A stretch of DNA of 64,000 nucleotides from Eledone cirrhosa. Its lineage: Eukaryota. The notes below the pieces were generated by a model. The model worked only from the letters and a program-made list of their open reading frames with translations, ran no database searches and was not told the DNA's origin. Of the stretch, positions 1-11,410 are shown piece by piece (position 1 is the stretch's first letter; every line of letters starts with the position of its first letter). Location: contig OZ024742.1 in NCBI GenBank assembly GCA_964016885.1, forward strand, positions 9,796,001 through 9,860,000, written 5' to 3'. A program made the position numbers and the translations under genes.

Positions 1-119
1 TTTTCAGATGTTCTTCTCACTCTGGACAAAAGAGAGAGACTAAGTGAAACATGTCGTCTGCGTTGGTTTGTGTGAAGATGGTGGAAATAATGAAATGAAA
101 AGAGTAGCATTGAGAGACG

Positions 120-129
120 TGTGTGTGTT

Positions 130-187
<58 letters not shown>

Positions 188-503
188 CGTGTTGTGTGTG
201 TGTGTGTCTATGTGTGTGTTGTGTGTGTTTATGTGTGTTGTGTGTGTGTATGTGTGTGTGTGTTGTGTGTATGTGTGTTGTGTGTGTCTCTGTGTGTATT
301 GTGTGTGTTTATGTGTGTTGTGTGTGTGTATGTGTGTGTGTGTCTGCATGTCTGTATGTGTGTCTGTATGTCTGTATGTCTGTATGTGTGTCTGTCTGCC
401 GTCTGTCTCTGTCTGTTAGTCAGTCTGTCAGTCTGTCAGTCAGTCAGTCTGTCTGTATGTCTGTCAGTCGGTCTCTCTGTCTACCTGTCTGTCTGTCTGT
501 CTG
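120..503. repeat. Compound (GT)n / (GTCT)n / (CAGT)n microsatellite
   Basis: Direct reading; explains the CV/HT low-complexity ORFs. Confidence 0.95.
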
Positions 504-677
504 AGGATAGTAGACGTGTGTCATATCGCTCTGTGATTTGGATTTTTACCTGCTAATTTTGTGAGTGGATTTTTTTGAATTCTTTTGTATAATTAACTGT
601 AACCCCTAGTCTGGGACTCTAGACGTCGGGTAAATATATTTTCACCCCTTTTGGGGTGAAAAATAAATATTTCAGAA

Positions 678-2442
678 ATGTTTATCGATATCGTTGATAA
701 CGATATCGTCGAAAACGATATCGCCATATTGGAAGCGAACGCCACGCCTACCAAAAAAACAAGCGGGAAAGAGGGAACAACAGTTCAAACTGTTGAACGA
801 CCCCTCCTCTCCAATGAAAAAAAGAATTTCAATTCAAATGAAAAAATTAATTTTCAAGAAAAAAATAACACCACAAATAAGGAAACCAACAACATTACAA
901 CAACAAACAAAGACAAAATTTCTTTTGCCCAAACACTCAGGAGAGCCACGGAATACAAAGCCATTGACATCACGAACGCCAAGGAAAATTTACTAGAGGC
1001 TAGAAAATACGTATCTTTTGGGGAGGATGGTTCTTTTACGATCAACTCCCCAGAAGAAGTGCGTCAACAGATTTACAAGAATACCGTAAGCTTCAGAATC
1101 ATAACCAACGAAACGAGAAAGCCAGCGCAATTGACCGAAAGTCAAATCGAGCTGGTTCTGAAAGAAATTATAAAATGATATACTCTTTATTCAAAGAGGA
1201 AAGCTGTATGCCAGCATTATGGTCCGAATGAAGGACGAAATGCTGGCTCAGAAATATTCGGTGGCACCTATAGTGTCACCACAATACACCTTCTTCCCCA
1301 CATATAAAGGAAGAAGAACACAAAGGATAAGAATGTGGAGCCCTACGCCAGAAATTAACATCTGGTCCGTCCTAACAGGATTTACCGACCTAGATAAGGA
1401 CATACTAATTTCAGCAGGGGAGTCCACCAGTGGACTGTTCGGGGGGAAAAGTCTGGAGGTTCTCTTACAGATGACACCTGAGAGAATCTCCGGAATACCC
1501 GACCGAGTGCTACTGGATGGGCGAACCTACATAAATATCACAGTGGAAGGCAGGAGACCCTCATGTTACCACTGCGCTGGCAGAGGTCACCTGAGGACGG
1601 CCTGCCCTCTACTAACAACTAAAAAACCACTGCTACAAACACCACAACAACAACAAAAACAACCAGCACCACCATCACAAAAACAACAAAATACACTACA
1701 ATCTCCACCAGAACAACAAAAACCAACAACACCACCACCACCACCACCACAACAACAACAACGACAACATCAACAACAGCTCAAGAAAACAACCCAAAAC
1801 ACGGTCCCACCCAGCCCCACCCCACAGAACACAAATACAAAAACAGTTCATACACAACCCGGAGATATACCCCTCCCCTCCAATACGGAAGAGGAGCTCA
1901 TATCGTCGGAAGACGAGGGGGCTCCCTTCCAAAAAGTGAAAAGAAAAAAACGTACACACACCACAACAACAAAAATAACCCCACCTGACAACACAACACA
2001 GACAATAAAACGCAAACTCACTCAACAACAACAAGCAAAAACAAACACAACAACACAAAAACTCTACACATACATAAACAAAAACAATGAAAACCTAACT
2101 TTAAAAATAGAAACCAACCCTTCGATACAAACCGAAGGGCCGAATTTCGTAACGGCAATGGGGCTCCCTAACCTGAAAATGGTGAAAATCCCACTTGACA
2201 TTTTCAAAACATTAAAAGACATGTACCCTGAGGACGTGGGCCCACCCTGCACCAGGCCACTCAACCGCGTCCTCCTGAAAGGTTTTCCCCTCCCCTCCTC
2301 AAACACCCACACAACTCCAAAGATCCCAACCCCTCCACACACTAATACCCCCACACCACCACAAACCACCACCCCACCCATCAACCCCTCCACCAGCCCC
2401 ATGGAAACTGAGCGACCCGAACCCCAGGACGCAGAGAGGTAA
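678..2442 (+). pseudogene. Tx1 ORF1 (nucleic-acid-binding, zinc knuckle) with one frameshift near 1175
   Basis: CYHCAGRGHLRTAC = CX2CX4HX4C; the 678-1178 and 1219-2442 ORFs join by a 1-nt shift in an A run (EIIK / NDILFIQRGK...); Q/P/T-rich C-terminus. Confidence 0.85.
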
Positions 2443-2465
2443 GTGCCTCTTTCTTTGCCACCAAC

Positions 2466-5400
2466 ATGGCTGTCTTAAGAGTAGGTTGTCTAAATGCGCG
2501 TGGCCTGGGCTCACCTTGGAAGCAAGCTAAACTTCTAAGTGACCTCAGGTCACAATGTGTAAATGTGATGGTTATTTGCGAGGCCCGGATCAGCAGCATG
2601 CGACAGCTAACCCCCACCTTTGATGACTTTGAGATGCACGCATCTCTCTGTCAGCCTGGAGGTGGGGGAGGGGTTGTCGTTCTGCTGCAAAAACATCTGG
2701 GTCTCGCTACACAGACGGTACACTTGGACCCGGAGGGTCGACTCGTGGTTCTGGACCTTGGCAATGGCGAAGGCGAAGCTTTTAGGCTTGTCGCCGTATA
2801 CGCCCCTTTTGGGGCAATACGGTCGGACTTCTTCCATCGTCTGGAGACTTTTCTAGGGACGTCCCGCTCCTTGCTTTTAGTGGGGGACTGGAATGGTATC
2901 CTAGATGCACGTTGGGACTATGTAGGGGCATGTCCCGATAGAGGGGGGTGTAACAGCCTTAAGGGGTTAATCGGCCGATTCGACCTGGCCGATAGATACC
3001 GACTAGATTTTCCGACTGTACCAACCTGGACCTGGTCAAATAACAGTGGTCAATCTAGATCGTACCTAGATAGGTTCTTAGTTAGAATTAAGGATAGGGA
3101 CTTTTTAAGTTGTCCAGAAATGCTCATGGTGGGCTATTCAGACCACAAGTTAGTGACCTGCGTAGTCCACCTTGATAGAACGCATAGGCAGGGGCCCGGT
3201 TACTGGAAGCTCAACTTGTCCTTACCGGCAAGTAGAGCTTACAGGGACCGGATTAGAACCTTAGTTAAGGAGCAGTTGACGGGCGCCATCGTCAACAACA
3301 GGTGGTGGGGCTCTCTAAAAAGAGAGATTAGAGTAGTTTCAATAGGAGTTAGTAAGGAGTTAGCCTCAGATAGAAATAGGAAGGAAAGGGAGTTGGTAGT
3401 TAATGTTGAAGAGGCAATGAGAAGCGGCAACGTGGCCAGAGTGCAAACGTCGAGAACGGTCTTGAACCAGTTCTTCGACGCGAAACACGAAGGCTGCGTT
3501 GTCCGAAGCAAAATACGTGCTCTGGGAAACGAGGGGACCAAAGCTGTTAGCTGGGCCCGCGTGACAGAAGCGAAAAGTGGGATTAAATCCACTATCCGGT
3601 CTTTGCGAGACCAGGATGGACGGCTGATCCTTGAACCTAAGCAAATGTGCGAGGCCTTTCAAAGGCACTTTGCCCAATTGTTCGGGAGGGGCGGGGAGCC
3701 GGTTGGAGATGTGGATTTCGGTCCATACCTCGACGGCCTGCCGCGTCTTTCGGACAGGGAGGCGAGGTCCTGCGACGGGCCGATCTCAGCTGCTGAAATA
3801 GGGGACGTGCTGAGCCTATGCGGCAAACGCAAATCTCCAGGACTCGATGGTCTGCCCTACGAACTATATATTAATATGCCGGACTTGTTCCCCGATCTCC
3901 TCGAGGCGGTCTACTGAAACTGGCAACAGAACGGGAGAATTCCCTGTTCTGTGACCAAGGGCGTAGTCTCGCTAGTGAGGAAGGACGAGAACAAGGGGGA
4001 TGACATTAGTAATTTTAGGCCCATAACTCTGCTAAATGCAGAGTTAAAGATTTTGGCGAAGGTGTTAGCGAAGAGGTTGGCGCTTGTCGTGGGGGGCCTG
4101 GTGGGAGATGCGCAGACATGCGCTATCCCGTCCAGGTCCATCCACGACAACCTCCACCTCATGCGATACATCATAGAGAGGGTTGGGAACGAACCCGGCT
4201 TTGGTGGGGCCCTGATAAATTTAGATCAGTCTAAAGCGTTCGATAGGGTGGACCATGGTTACCTGGATGCGGTGCTAGCGGCGGCTGGGTTCGGACCCGT
4301 TTTCAGGGGCTGGATCACTGCCATGCACAGCAGCCGCATCTGCTCTAGAGTCAAGGTGAACGGCTACCTTTCAGAGCCGTTCGAAATCACCCGCTCCATC
4401 CGACAGGGGTGCCCTCTCTCCTCCCTTCTGTATGTGTTGACTCTCGAGCCATTACTGCGGAAGTTGGAGTTGTTGCAGGGCATTCCTTTGGAACCGGGAT
4501 TGCGCAAAGCGGTGTCGGCCTACGCCGATGACGTAACAGTAATGGTGTCGACCGCCTCGGAAATCGAGGCAATCGGCACCTTACTAGAGGAGTACGAAAG
4601 GTTGACAGGGGCTAAGCTGAACCGGGACAAGTCAGTCGCTTCGCAACTCGGCGAGTGGAGGGGCAAAGCGATGTCGTGCGACGGTATCGTCGGACGGTGG
4701 ACGGAGGGCCCGGTGAAGTTGCTTGGGGTCTGGTTCGGACCGGACCTCCAGGTGGAGAAAAACTGGGGTGAGGTGACGAATAGGGTGTTTGCACTGACCC
4801 AGAAGTGGGCCGAGTGCAAACTATCCCTAAAAGGTCGGGCGGAGGTGGCGAACGCTTACATAGCGTCCGTCATCTATTACCGCTTGACTGTCGTGCCTTG
4901 CCCGGGTGAGATCCTCGCCAAAATGGAGCGCGCCCTCTTTTATTTCCTTTGGAAGAAGAGGTCTCCTCTAGTGAGGAGATCCATCTGCTGTCAACACCCT
5001 TTGAAAGGAGGGCTGGGGATGCCGTGGCTAAAAATGCGTAAACACGCATTGAGGCTAAGGCACCTCCACGTATTCCTCACCGGTCAACCGGTGTGGGCCC
5101 CGTTTGTGAGGCGAGCCTTCCCGAGGCTCGTCTCGCTCACCGAGCTGCAGTCCTAGGTGAAGCAAAGACCGAGAAAACTGGGCGACTGGCACACCGAGTG
5201 TGCCCAGGCGCTCACGGCTCTCTGGCAGGCGGACCCGGCTATCGACGGAGACTCCACCTCGTCATTCTATAGAGGGCTGGTGGTTAGCGGGTGCGACGAC
5301 GCCCTCGGAGAAGCCCTAGGCATGGAGGAGGACGAACTGGCCAGTCTATTCGGTAGGACTTTCGGCCCGGGACCTATGGACAACTTCCAGAAGTCCTTGG

Positions 5401-5902
5401 CCTGGCAGTTCTACCGAGGGGCTCTGCCCGTTCGGGATAAGCTCTACAGACACGGGCGCCCGGGTAGGGACCCCTCGAAAAAGATCTGTCCCAGATGCGT
5501 GCGCGACGAGGAAACCGTCGCGCACGCATTGGTGCACTGCCCGGGCGTTGCCGATCTGTGGGGCTATGTCGAACGACTGCTGTCACGGGTGGGACCAATT
5601 AGGTTGACCACCGAGTCCATTGTAACGATCAAGCCGCCTCCCCCTTCAAAAATGAAGGAGAGGCGGTCTTCCTCTGTGTACTAGCCATGGTAAAAGAGGC
5701 TATATGGTGGACGCGTCTAAAAGGGCTGAGGTCGGACACCTTTCTCTCCGGCCAACAACTGGTCCTTTTCTTCCGATACCATTTCGGAAGAAGGATCAGG
5801 ATGGAGAGAGAGGTGCTCCACTCCAGCCAGTTTTATGAAAGGTGGGTGAAAGTTGCGAGAATGGCCTGTGTGAATGGGCCTTCTCTCTACCTCAGCCTGT
5901 AG
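2466..5902 (+). pseudogene. Tx1 ORF2 (APE endonuclease - reverse transcriptase - CCHC) with two in-frame stops and one frameshift
   Basis: EN motifs LNARGL, GDWN, SYLDRF, SDH; RT motifs KSPGLDG, FRPITLLN, LDQSKAFDRV, RQGCPLS, YADD; CPRC..EETVAHALVHC. Stops TGA 3915-3917 and TAG 5154-5156; frameshift in the C run near 5640. Confidence 0.93.
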
Positions 5903-5917
5903 GTGGAACAGAAAGAA

Positions 5918-5986
5918 GGGAGCACCCTCTCTTTGTGCTCCCGTGGAGAAGGGTCGCACACTTTTTTTCGGGGGTGTGTGTGACCC
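5918..5986 (+). other. Two stem-loops in the Tx1 3' UTR
   Basis: GGGAGCAC/GTGCTCCC (5918-5942, 8 bp) and GGGTCGCACAC/GTGTGTGACCC (5951-5986, 11 bp with one G-U). Confidence 0.6.
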
Positions 5987-6127
5987 CAAAACGATCCCTC
6001 CCTATTGAGGACCTTCTTGTTATTATTTTGTTTGTTATATTTTTCTTACTCGATTTTTATGTAAACTCCCCCCACTCATGTACATGTCCCTTTCTTTTGT
6101 GCCCTAGTGGCAAATAAACAGAAATTT

Positions 6128-6265
6128 GTCTGTGTCTGTCTGTCAGTCAGTCAGTCAGTCAGTCAGTCAGTCTGTGTCTGTCTGTGTGTCAGTCAGTCAG
6201 TCAGTGTCTGTCTGTGTGTCTGTCAGTCAGTCAGTCAGTGTCTGTCTGTGTCTGTCTGTGTGTCT
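6128..6265. repeat. (CAGT)n/(GTCT)n microsatellite, continuing the left-flank repeat
   Basis: Direct reading. Confidence 0.9.
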
Positions 6266-6346
6266 ACTGGTTTCTATTCCAACACAGACTTCCAGATTAA
6301 AAGATAGAAGACATTAAATGAAAGAAAACATATATATGTGCCTAAT

Positions 6347-6622
6347 TGATGTATGTGTATATATATCAACATATGTATGTGTATATATATCAACATATGT
6401 ATGTGTATATATATCAGCATATGTATGTGTATACATATCAACATATGTATGTGTATACATATCAACATATCTATGTGTATATATATCAACATATGTATGT
6501 GTATATATATCAACATATGTATGTGCATATATATCAACATATGTATGTGTATATATATCAATATATGTATGTGTATATATATCAACATATGTATGTGTAT
6601 ATATATCAATATATGTATGTGT
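6347..6622. repeat. 24-bp minisatellite ATATGTATGTGTATATATATCAAC, about 11 copies
   Basis: Direct reading; 8-aa periodicity (YVCVYIST) in the ORF track. Confidence 0.9.
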
Positions 6623-6639
6623 GAGTGTTTTGGCGTCTG

Positions 6640-6800
6640 TCTGTGTGTTAATATAAATGTAATTATCAACACACACAAACCCGTGTGTGTATATGTGTTA
6701 ATATAAATGTGATTATCAACACACACAAACACGTGTGAGTGTGTGTATGTGTTAATATAAATGTGATTATCAACACACACAAACACTCGAGAGTGTGTGT
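6640..6800. repeat. Three copies of a 50-54 bp unit (GTTAATATAAATGTGATTATCAACACACACAAAC...)
   Basis: Unit starts at 6647, 6697 and 6751. Confidence 0.8.
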
Positions 6801-7157
6801 GTCTGGATGTGAACAGTAAATACAATTCTATAAGACTATGTATCTCTTTGTATGCAGGAGGAATGCAATTGCTGTAACCAGCTTCAAGCCCCGTTAAACC
6901 ATCCGAGGATGAGGGAAAACCAGTTGTATAAGAGTTGATTTCCTTATATTTTGGACAGTGGGGACTCTACATATGCTGAAATATATACACATACACGACA
7001 CATATATAAGTAGGAATATATACACATACACATCACATATATTCAATCATAATGTAATATACTTTATAACTATTTACACCCAGATTCTTCTGGTAATTAG
7101 AAATGGATGGAAGTTACGAATGAGTATATGGATACATACACACACACACACACACAG

Positions 7158-7302
<145 letters not shown>

Positions 7303-7494
7303 AGGAGAAGTAAAACCCTGACTGTGGCACCAAGGTCGAGATTTTACTTATCTCTATACCCGAACTGTATCTCCTGATGCAGAGAGTACTCACAAAATTA
7401 TTGGTCTCCCCGATTTCAGCACCACAGACCCTCTCTCCATATGTGTACAAACACACACACACGCATACGCACACACACACGCACGCCCCCGTCC

Positions 7495-7529
<35 letters not shown>

Positions 7530-7534
7530 ATATT

Positions 7535-7718
7535 GGTGGATTGGCAGTATCAGTAGAGGGTCGGACGCCATGCTTTGCAGCATAGTTACGTCCCTTTACG
7601 GACTGAGTTCAAATCCCGCTGAGGTTGACTTTGCCTTTCATCCTTACGGGGTCGATAAAATAAAGTACCAGTAATGCACTGGGTAATTGCTGGCCTTGTG
7701 CCTAAAGTAGAAACGATT
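7535..7718 (+). mobile_element. tRNA-derived SINE with Nin-type core
   Basis: A-box-like head, B box GAGTTCAAATCCC, core GACTTTGCCTTTCATCC..GGGGTCGATAAAATAAAGTACCAG; close copies at 62.7-63.1 kb. Confidence 0.85.
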
Positions 7719-7751
7719 ATATATATATATATATATATATAAATATATATA

Positions 7752-7923
7752 TAACAAAGGAATTGTGGTAAGGAACCAGATGGACCATAACGCACCAGAG
7801 TACTCAATACTTAGGGTAGTAGAGTGGGAAATAGGAAAAAATATGACGCCAACGGCTATTTCTGGACACAGAAATAGCCGTTGAAACGGCTTGAGCTCTG
7901 CCGTCGGGTTATATTTTTTCCTA
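7752..7923. mobile_element. Micro fold-back PLE-end fragment in (TA)n carrying the 3' half of a hammerhead
   Basis: 15-bp perfect stem 7850-7864/7869-7883; outer arms TAGGAAAAAATATGAC / GTTATATTTTTTCCTA; GAAA-CGGC..GCCG-TC at 7883-7905. Confidence 0.6.
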
Positions 7924-8009
7924 TATATATATATATATATATATTACATTATATTTTATATATTTAATATCACATATACATCCTTATATATATCTCTATC
8001 AAATACACT

Positions 8010-8220
8010 ATATAGACATAGATACATACATGTGTGTAGACATATATACATACGTGTGTGTAGACATACATACAAGTGTGTAGACATATACATACGTGTG
8101 TGTAGACATATATATACATACGTGTGTGTAGACATATATACATACGTGTGTGTATACATATACATACATACGTGTGTGTAGATATACATACAAGTGTGTA
8201 GACCTACATACATGTGTGTT
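8010..8220. repeat. Degenerate 22-28 bp repeat (CATACGTGTGTGTAGACATATA)
   Basis: Direct reading. Confidence 0.75.
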
Positions 8221-8582
8221 TATACAACGTCTTCATCTATAAAGATTCATTTATTTAACCCTCGTAATTCACTTCTTTTCATATCAGCTGCGTATTTCGA
8301 TTAATTCTGCCCATTTAACGCTATTTAAATTCACACTTTTTTCTCCATTACATTCTCGTTCTCTTTCAAAAGATCTCTTTCAGTAATTCTTATTTCTATA
8401 TTTCAACATTAACGGCTGTATTGGTTGATTATAAAGTTTAACTTAATATAGATGTGTGTGTGTGTACGTCTATAGATATGTATATATATATAATGGAAAA
8501 ATTTGAACAGGGACAAAACAGAGAGGCAGTACAACGAATGTTTATTAATTTCACGCTCTGGAGAGTGGGGTGTTGGTGGGGA

Positions 8583-8614
8583 ACGACGTTTCGGGCATAA
8601 GCCCTTCCTCAGGT
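8583..8614 (-). ncRNA. Minimal type I hammerhead motif (3' pLTR copy)
   Basis: Reverse complement reads CTGAGGA-A-GGGC-TTAT-GCCC-GAAA-CG-TC; stem I only about 2 bp. Confidence 0.7.
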
Positions 8615-8924
8615 GAGAAGTGTGTGGGAACAGAGTTCTAAGGGTGTGTAGGGGAGTGGTGGAGAGAAATATAGCGAAAGGAAACGGTGCGAATGAAAAC
8701 ATGAAAAAATAAAGATAAAAATAAAAATAAAGCATGATCAAAATACAAGGAATGAAATAAATTTAAATATAAAAGCATGATCCAAATAAACTGAAATTAA
8801 AAGGGGGTAAAACAGGTGGTGGAAGGGTGTGGGGTGTGTAGGGGTGGTGGCGGGTGGAGTGGGGAGAGGGAGACGGGGTGTCCGAGCGGGGAGGGCTGAA
8901 GGTGGTGTGTGTGTGTGTAGGTGT

Positions 8925-8960
<36 letters not shown>

Positions 8961-10154
8961 AAAAGTAAGGGTTGGGGGAAGAACGGTGTTGCATGTTCAG
9001 GAAGAGGTGTGTGTGTGGGGGGGTTGTGGGTCGGAGTGTCTGTGCGTGTGTGGATAGAGGGGTGGGGGGGTTGTGGGTCGGAGTGTCTGTGCGTGTGTGG
9101 ATAGAGGGGTGGGGGGAGAGGAATCAGGAGGCTGAGGGTGTAAATATGTGGTGGAAAGCACGTGTGTGTGGGGTTTAAGCGTGTTGTGGGTGTAGGTGGC
9201 GTGTGGAGAAAAATATTTTTTTGGGGTGCGTGTGGGTGAGTTATATAGGTGATTACGTAAGAGGATGGTTGAAAAGTAGGTAAATTTCAAAGGTGTTTAG
9301 CGGATTTTGTGTTGGTCAATTTCTGCGTGCGGGTATTCCATGAAGCGATGGTCGGAAGAGGAGAGATGTGGGGTGCGCGCGCAACAGGAAGTGGTCAAGC
9401 AGTGGGAGTGCTGTGTGTCTGTTTGTGCTGGGAGGTGGTCAGAGGGCATAGCAGCAGTCGGTGGAATGGTAAAGGGGCGAGTATGGGTAGGAGTGAAAGT
9501 TGGAGTGAGGAGGGTGTGTGTGTGTGTATTAGTAGAGGTGTTAGTGGGATGAGTGAGTATGGAGCGAGGGTGTGGGTGGAGCGGGGAGAGAAGGGTGTGT
9601 GTGGTTCTATGGAGGGAGTGTGGTGTACTGGTGTGTGTGTAGTTTGATGAAGGGGTGTTAGTGGGTGTTAGTATACGGGAGGTGGGGAGGAGTTGAATGC
9701 AGGTGTGAGTGGGGGTTAGTGGTGGTAGGGTGTGTAGAGTTGGTGGTGTACGAGGGTGTGTGGGTACGTGTGCGTGGGGTTGGGGGGTGTTAGTGATGTT
9801 AGTTGCGTGTGTGGTGGGTGGTGTAAGTGGGTGCGTGTGTTCGTGTGCTTGGGGTTAGGGGGTGTTAGTGAGGTTAGTTGCGGGGTGGTGGGATGGAGGT
9901 GTGGAGGTGAGGGTTAGTGGTGGTAGTAGGGTGTGTGTTTAGTGTGAGCGCGTGTATATATGTGCCGGTGGATGTGTGCGTGTGATAAGGAGGGGGGGGA
10001 GAAGAAGTGAGGGATGTTAGTATGTTAGTTGGGGAAGGGTGGTCAGATGAGGGGTGGAGTGGAGGTGTTAGCATTGTTAGTTGTGGGGTGGGCGGTGAAA
10101 GGGGGGGGGGGTGTTAGTGGGGGATAAGTGTGGGGGGAGGGGGGCGGTCGAAGG

Positions 10155-10445
10155 CTAAAGGAATAAGAGTGGGGAGTTCAGGCCGGGGGGAGTGTGGGTC
10201 TGTAAGATGAAGATAGTTCGTTGTTCGACCGTAAGGCGATTGGCGGGTGTTCCGTGGCACTGGAGTAGGCCACAGACTGTGAGATGGCGTGCGGAATGTC
10301 CAGGGCCACCAAAGTGGCGGGCGATGAGGGAACTATCCTGGAGGTGCTCAGTGAATCGGTCCGCCAGGCGACGTCCCGTCTGTCCGACATAAGTACGTAG
10401 ACTAGGTTGGAGGAGGTGCAGCGGAAGGCATGCCGGACAGAGCGA
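10155..10445 (-). pseudogene. GIY-YIG endonuclease fragment of a PLE
   Basis: FRCTSSNLVY / YVGQTGRRLADRFTEH / ARHF..GHS / EQRTIFILQTHTPPGLN; internal deletion with frameshift between LVY and YVG. Confidence 0.85.
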
Positions 10446-10856
10446 GTGGCCCACCCCTCTATCCACACACGCACAGACACTCCGACCTACAACCCCCCCA
10501 CACACACACCTCTTCCTCAACCCTTACTTTCACATCCACACACACACACACACACGTACACCTACACACACACACCACCTTCAGCCCTCCCCGCTCGGAC
10601 ACCCCGTCTCCATCTCCCCACTCCACCCGCCACCACCCCAACACACCCCACACCCTTCCACCACCTGTTTTACCCCCCTTTTTATTTCAGTTTATTTTGA
10701 TCATGCTTTTATATTTAATTTTATTTCATTCCTTGTATTTTGATCATGCTTTATTTTTATTTTTAATTTTAATTTCATTCGCACCGTTTCCTTTCGCTAT
10801 ATGTCTCTCCACCACTCCCCTACACACCCTTTGAACTCTGTTCCCACAAACTTCTC

Positions 10857-10888
10857 ACCTGAGGAAGGGCTTATGCCCGAAACGTCGT
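10857..10888 (+). ncRNA. Minimal type I hammerhead motif (inverted pLTR copy)
   Basis: CTGAGGA 10859-10865, extra A, GGGC/GCCC stem II, GAAA 10879-10882, palindromic ACGT stem III, GUC site at 10886. Confidence 0.7.
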
Positions 10889-11153
10889 TCCCCACCACCA
10901 CCCCACTCTCCAGAGCGTGAAATTAATAAACATTCGTTGTACTGCCTCTCTGTTTTGTTCCTGTTCAAATTTTTCCATTATATATATATATATATATACA
11001 AATAAAATACAGAGTTACTAACTGATATTGATACCCTGTAATTAACAAGCTCAAAGTATAAATACTGAGCATTATATAATAATATATGTAGTAATAAACC
11101 AATGTGGTATTTCAACCCTCGTAATTGTCGACACACAATTTACTGTGTTTATT

Positions 11154-11218
<65 letters not shown>

Positions 11219-11346
11219 AAAGTTATATTTAAATTGTTGGGTTACAACTAGTAAATATTTATAACTGATATAAAAGCACTCGACAAGTATTTGGAGTATA
11301 TTTACAATATTAAATAAATGGAAACTATATTTATAAAACCATATTT

Positions 11347-11410
11347 ATTTCATTATATATATTTCAGGGATATCATATTAACAATATGCTATGCCTTCCT
11401 CAGACAAAAT
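11347..11410 (-). ncRNA. Type I hammerhead ribozyme motif
   Basis: ATTTTGT-CTGAGGA-AGG..CATATT/AATATG..CCT-GAA-ATATATAT-A-ATGAAAT: 7-bp stem I (two G-U), palindromic stem III, AUA site. Confidence 0.75.

Larger units (their letters stand above)
504..6127 (+). mobile_element. Near-full-length non-LTR retrotransposon, L1/Tx1 clade, disabled
   Basis: 5' UTR, ORF1 with a CCHC knuckle, ORF2 with APE endonuclease + RT + C-terminal CCHC, 3' UTR with AATAAA at 6113-6118; flanked on both sides by GTCT/CAGT microsatellite. End positions approximate. Confidence 0.92.
8485..10985 (-). mobile_element. 5'-truncated Penelope-like element (Neptune-like) with inverted pLTR
   Basis: GIY-YIG remnant at 10155-10445 (minus); 8485-9065 is the reverse complement of 10451-10985; HHR core and AATAAA in each arm; (TA)n at both ends. 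Clade assignment is inference. Confidence 0.85.

Noticed and set aside
17-556. ORFs of CV/HT/YI/ER type here and at 6.1-9.6 kb, 22.3-22.8 kb, 49.9-50.4 kb and 54.7-58.5 kb
   Set aside because: Translations of microsatellites; no start context or domain content.
504-677. Possible HDV-like ribozyme at the LINE 5' end
   Set aside because: No nested double pseudoknot could be built by eye.
6850-6990. Possible small exon (tgcag|GAGGAATGC..) or degenerate hammerhead (CCGAGGA..GAAATATA)
   Set aside because: All frames stop quickly, and stems I and II do not close around the core.
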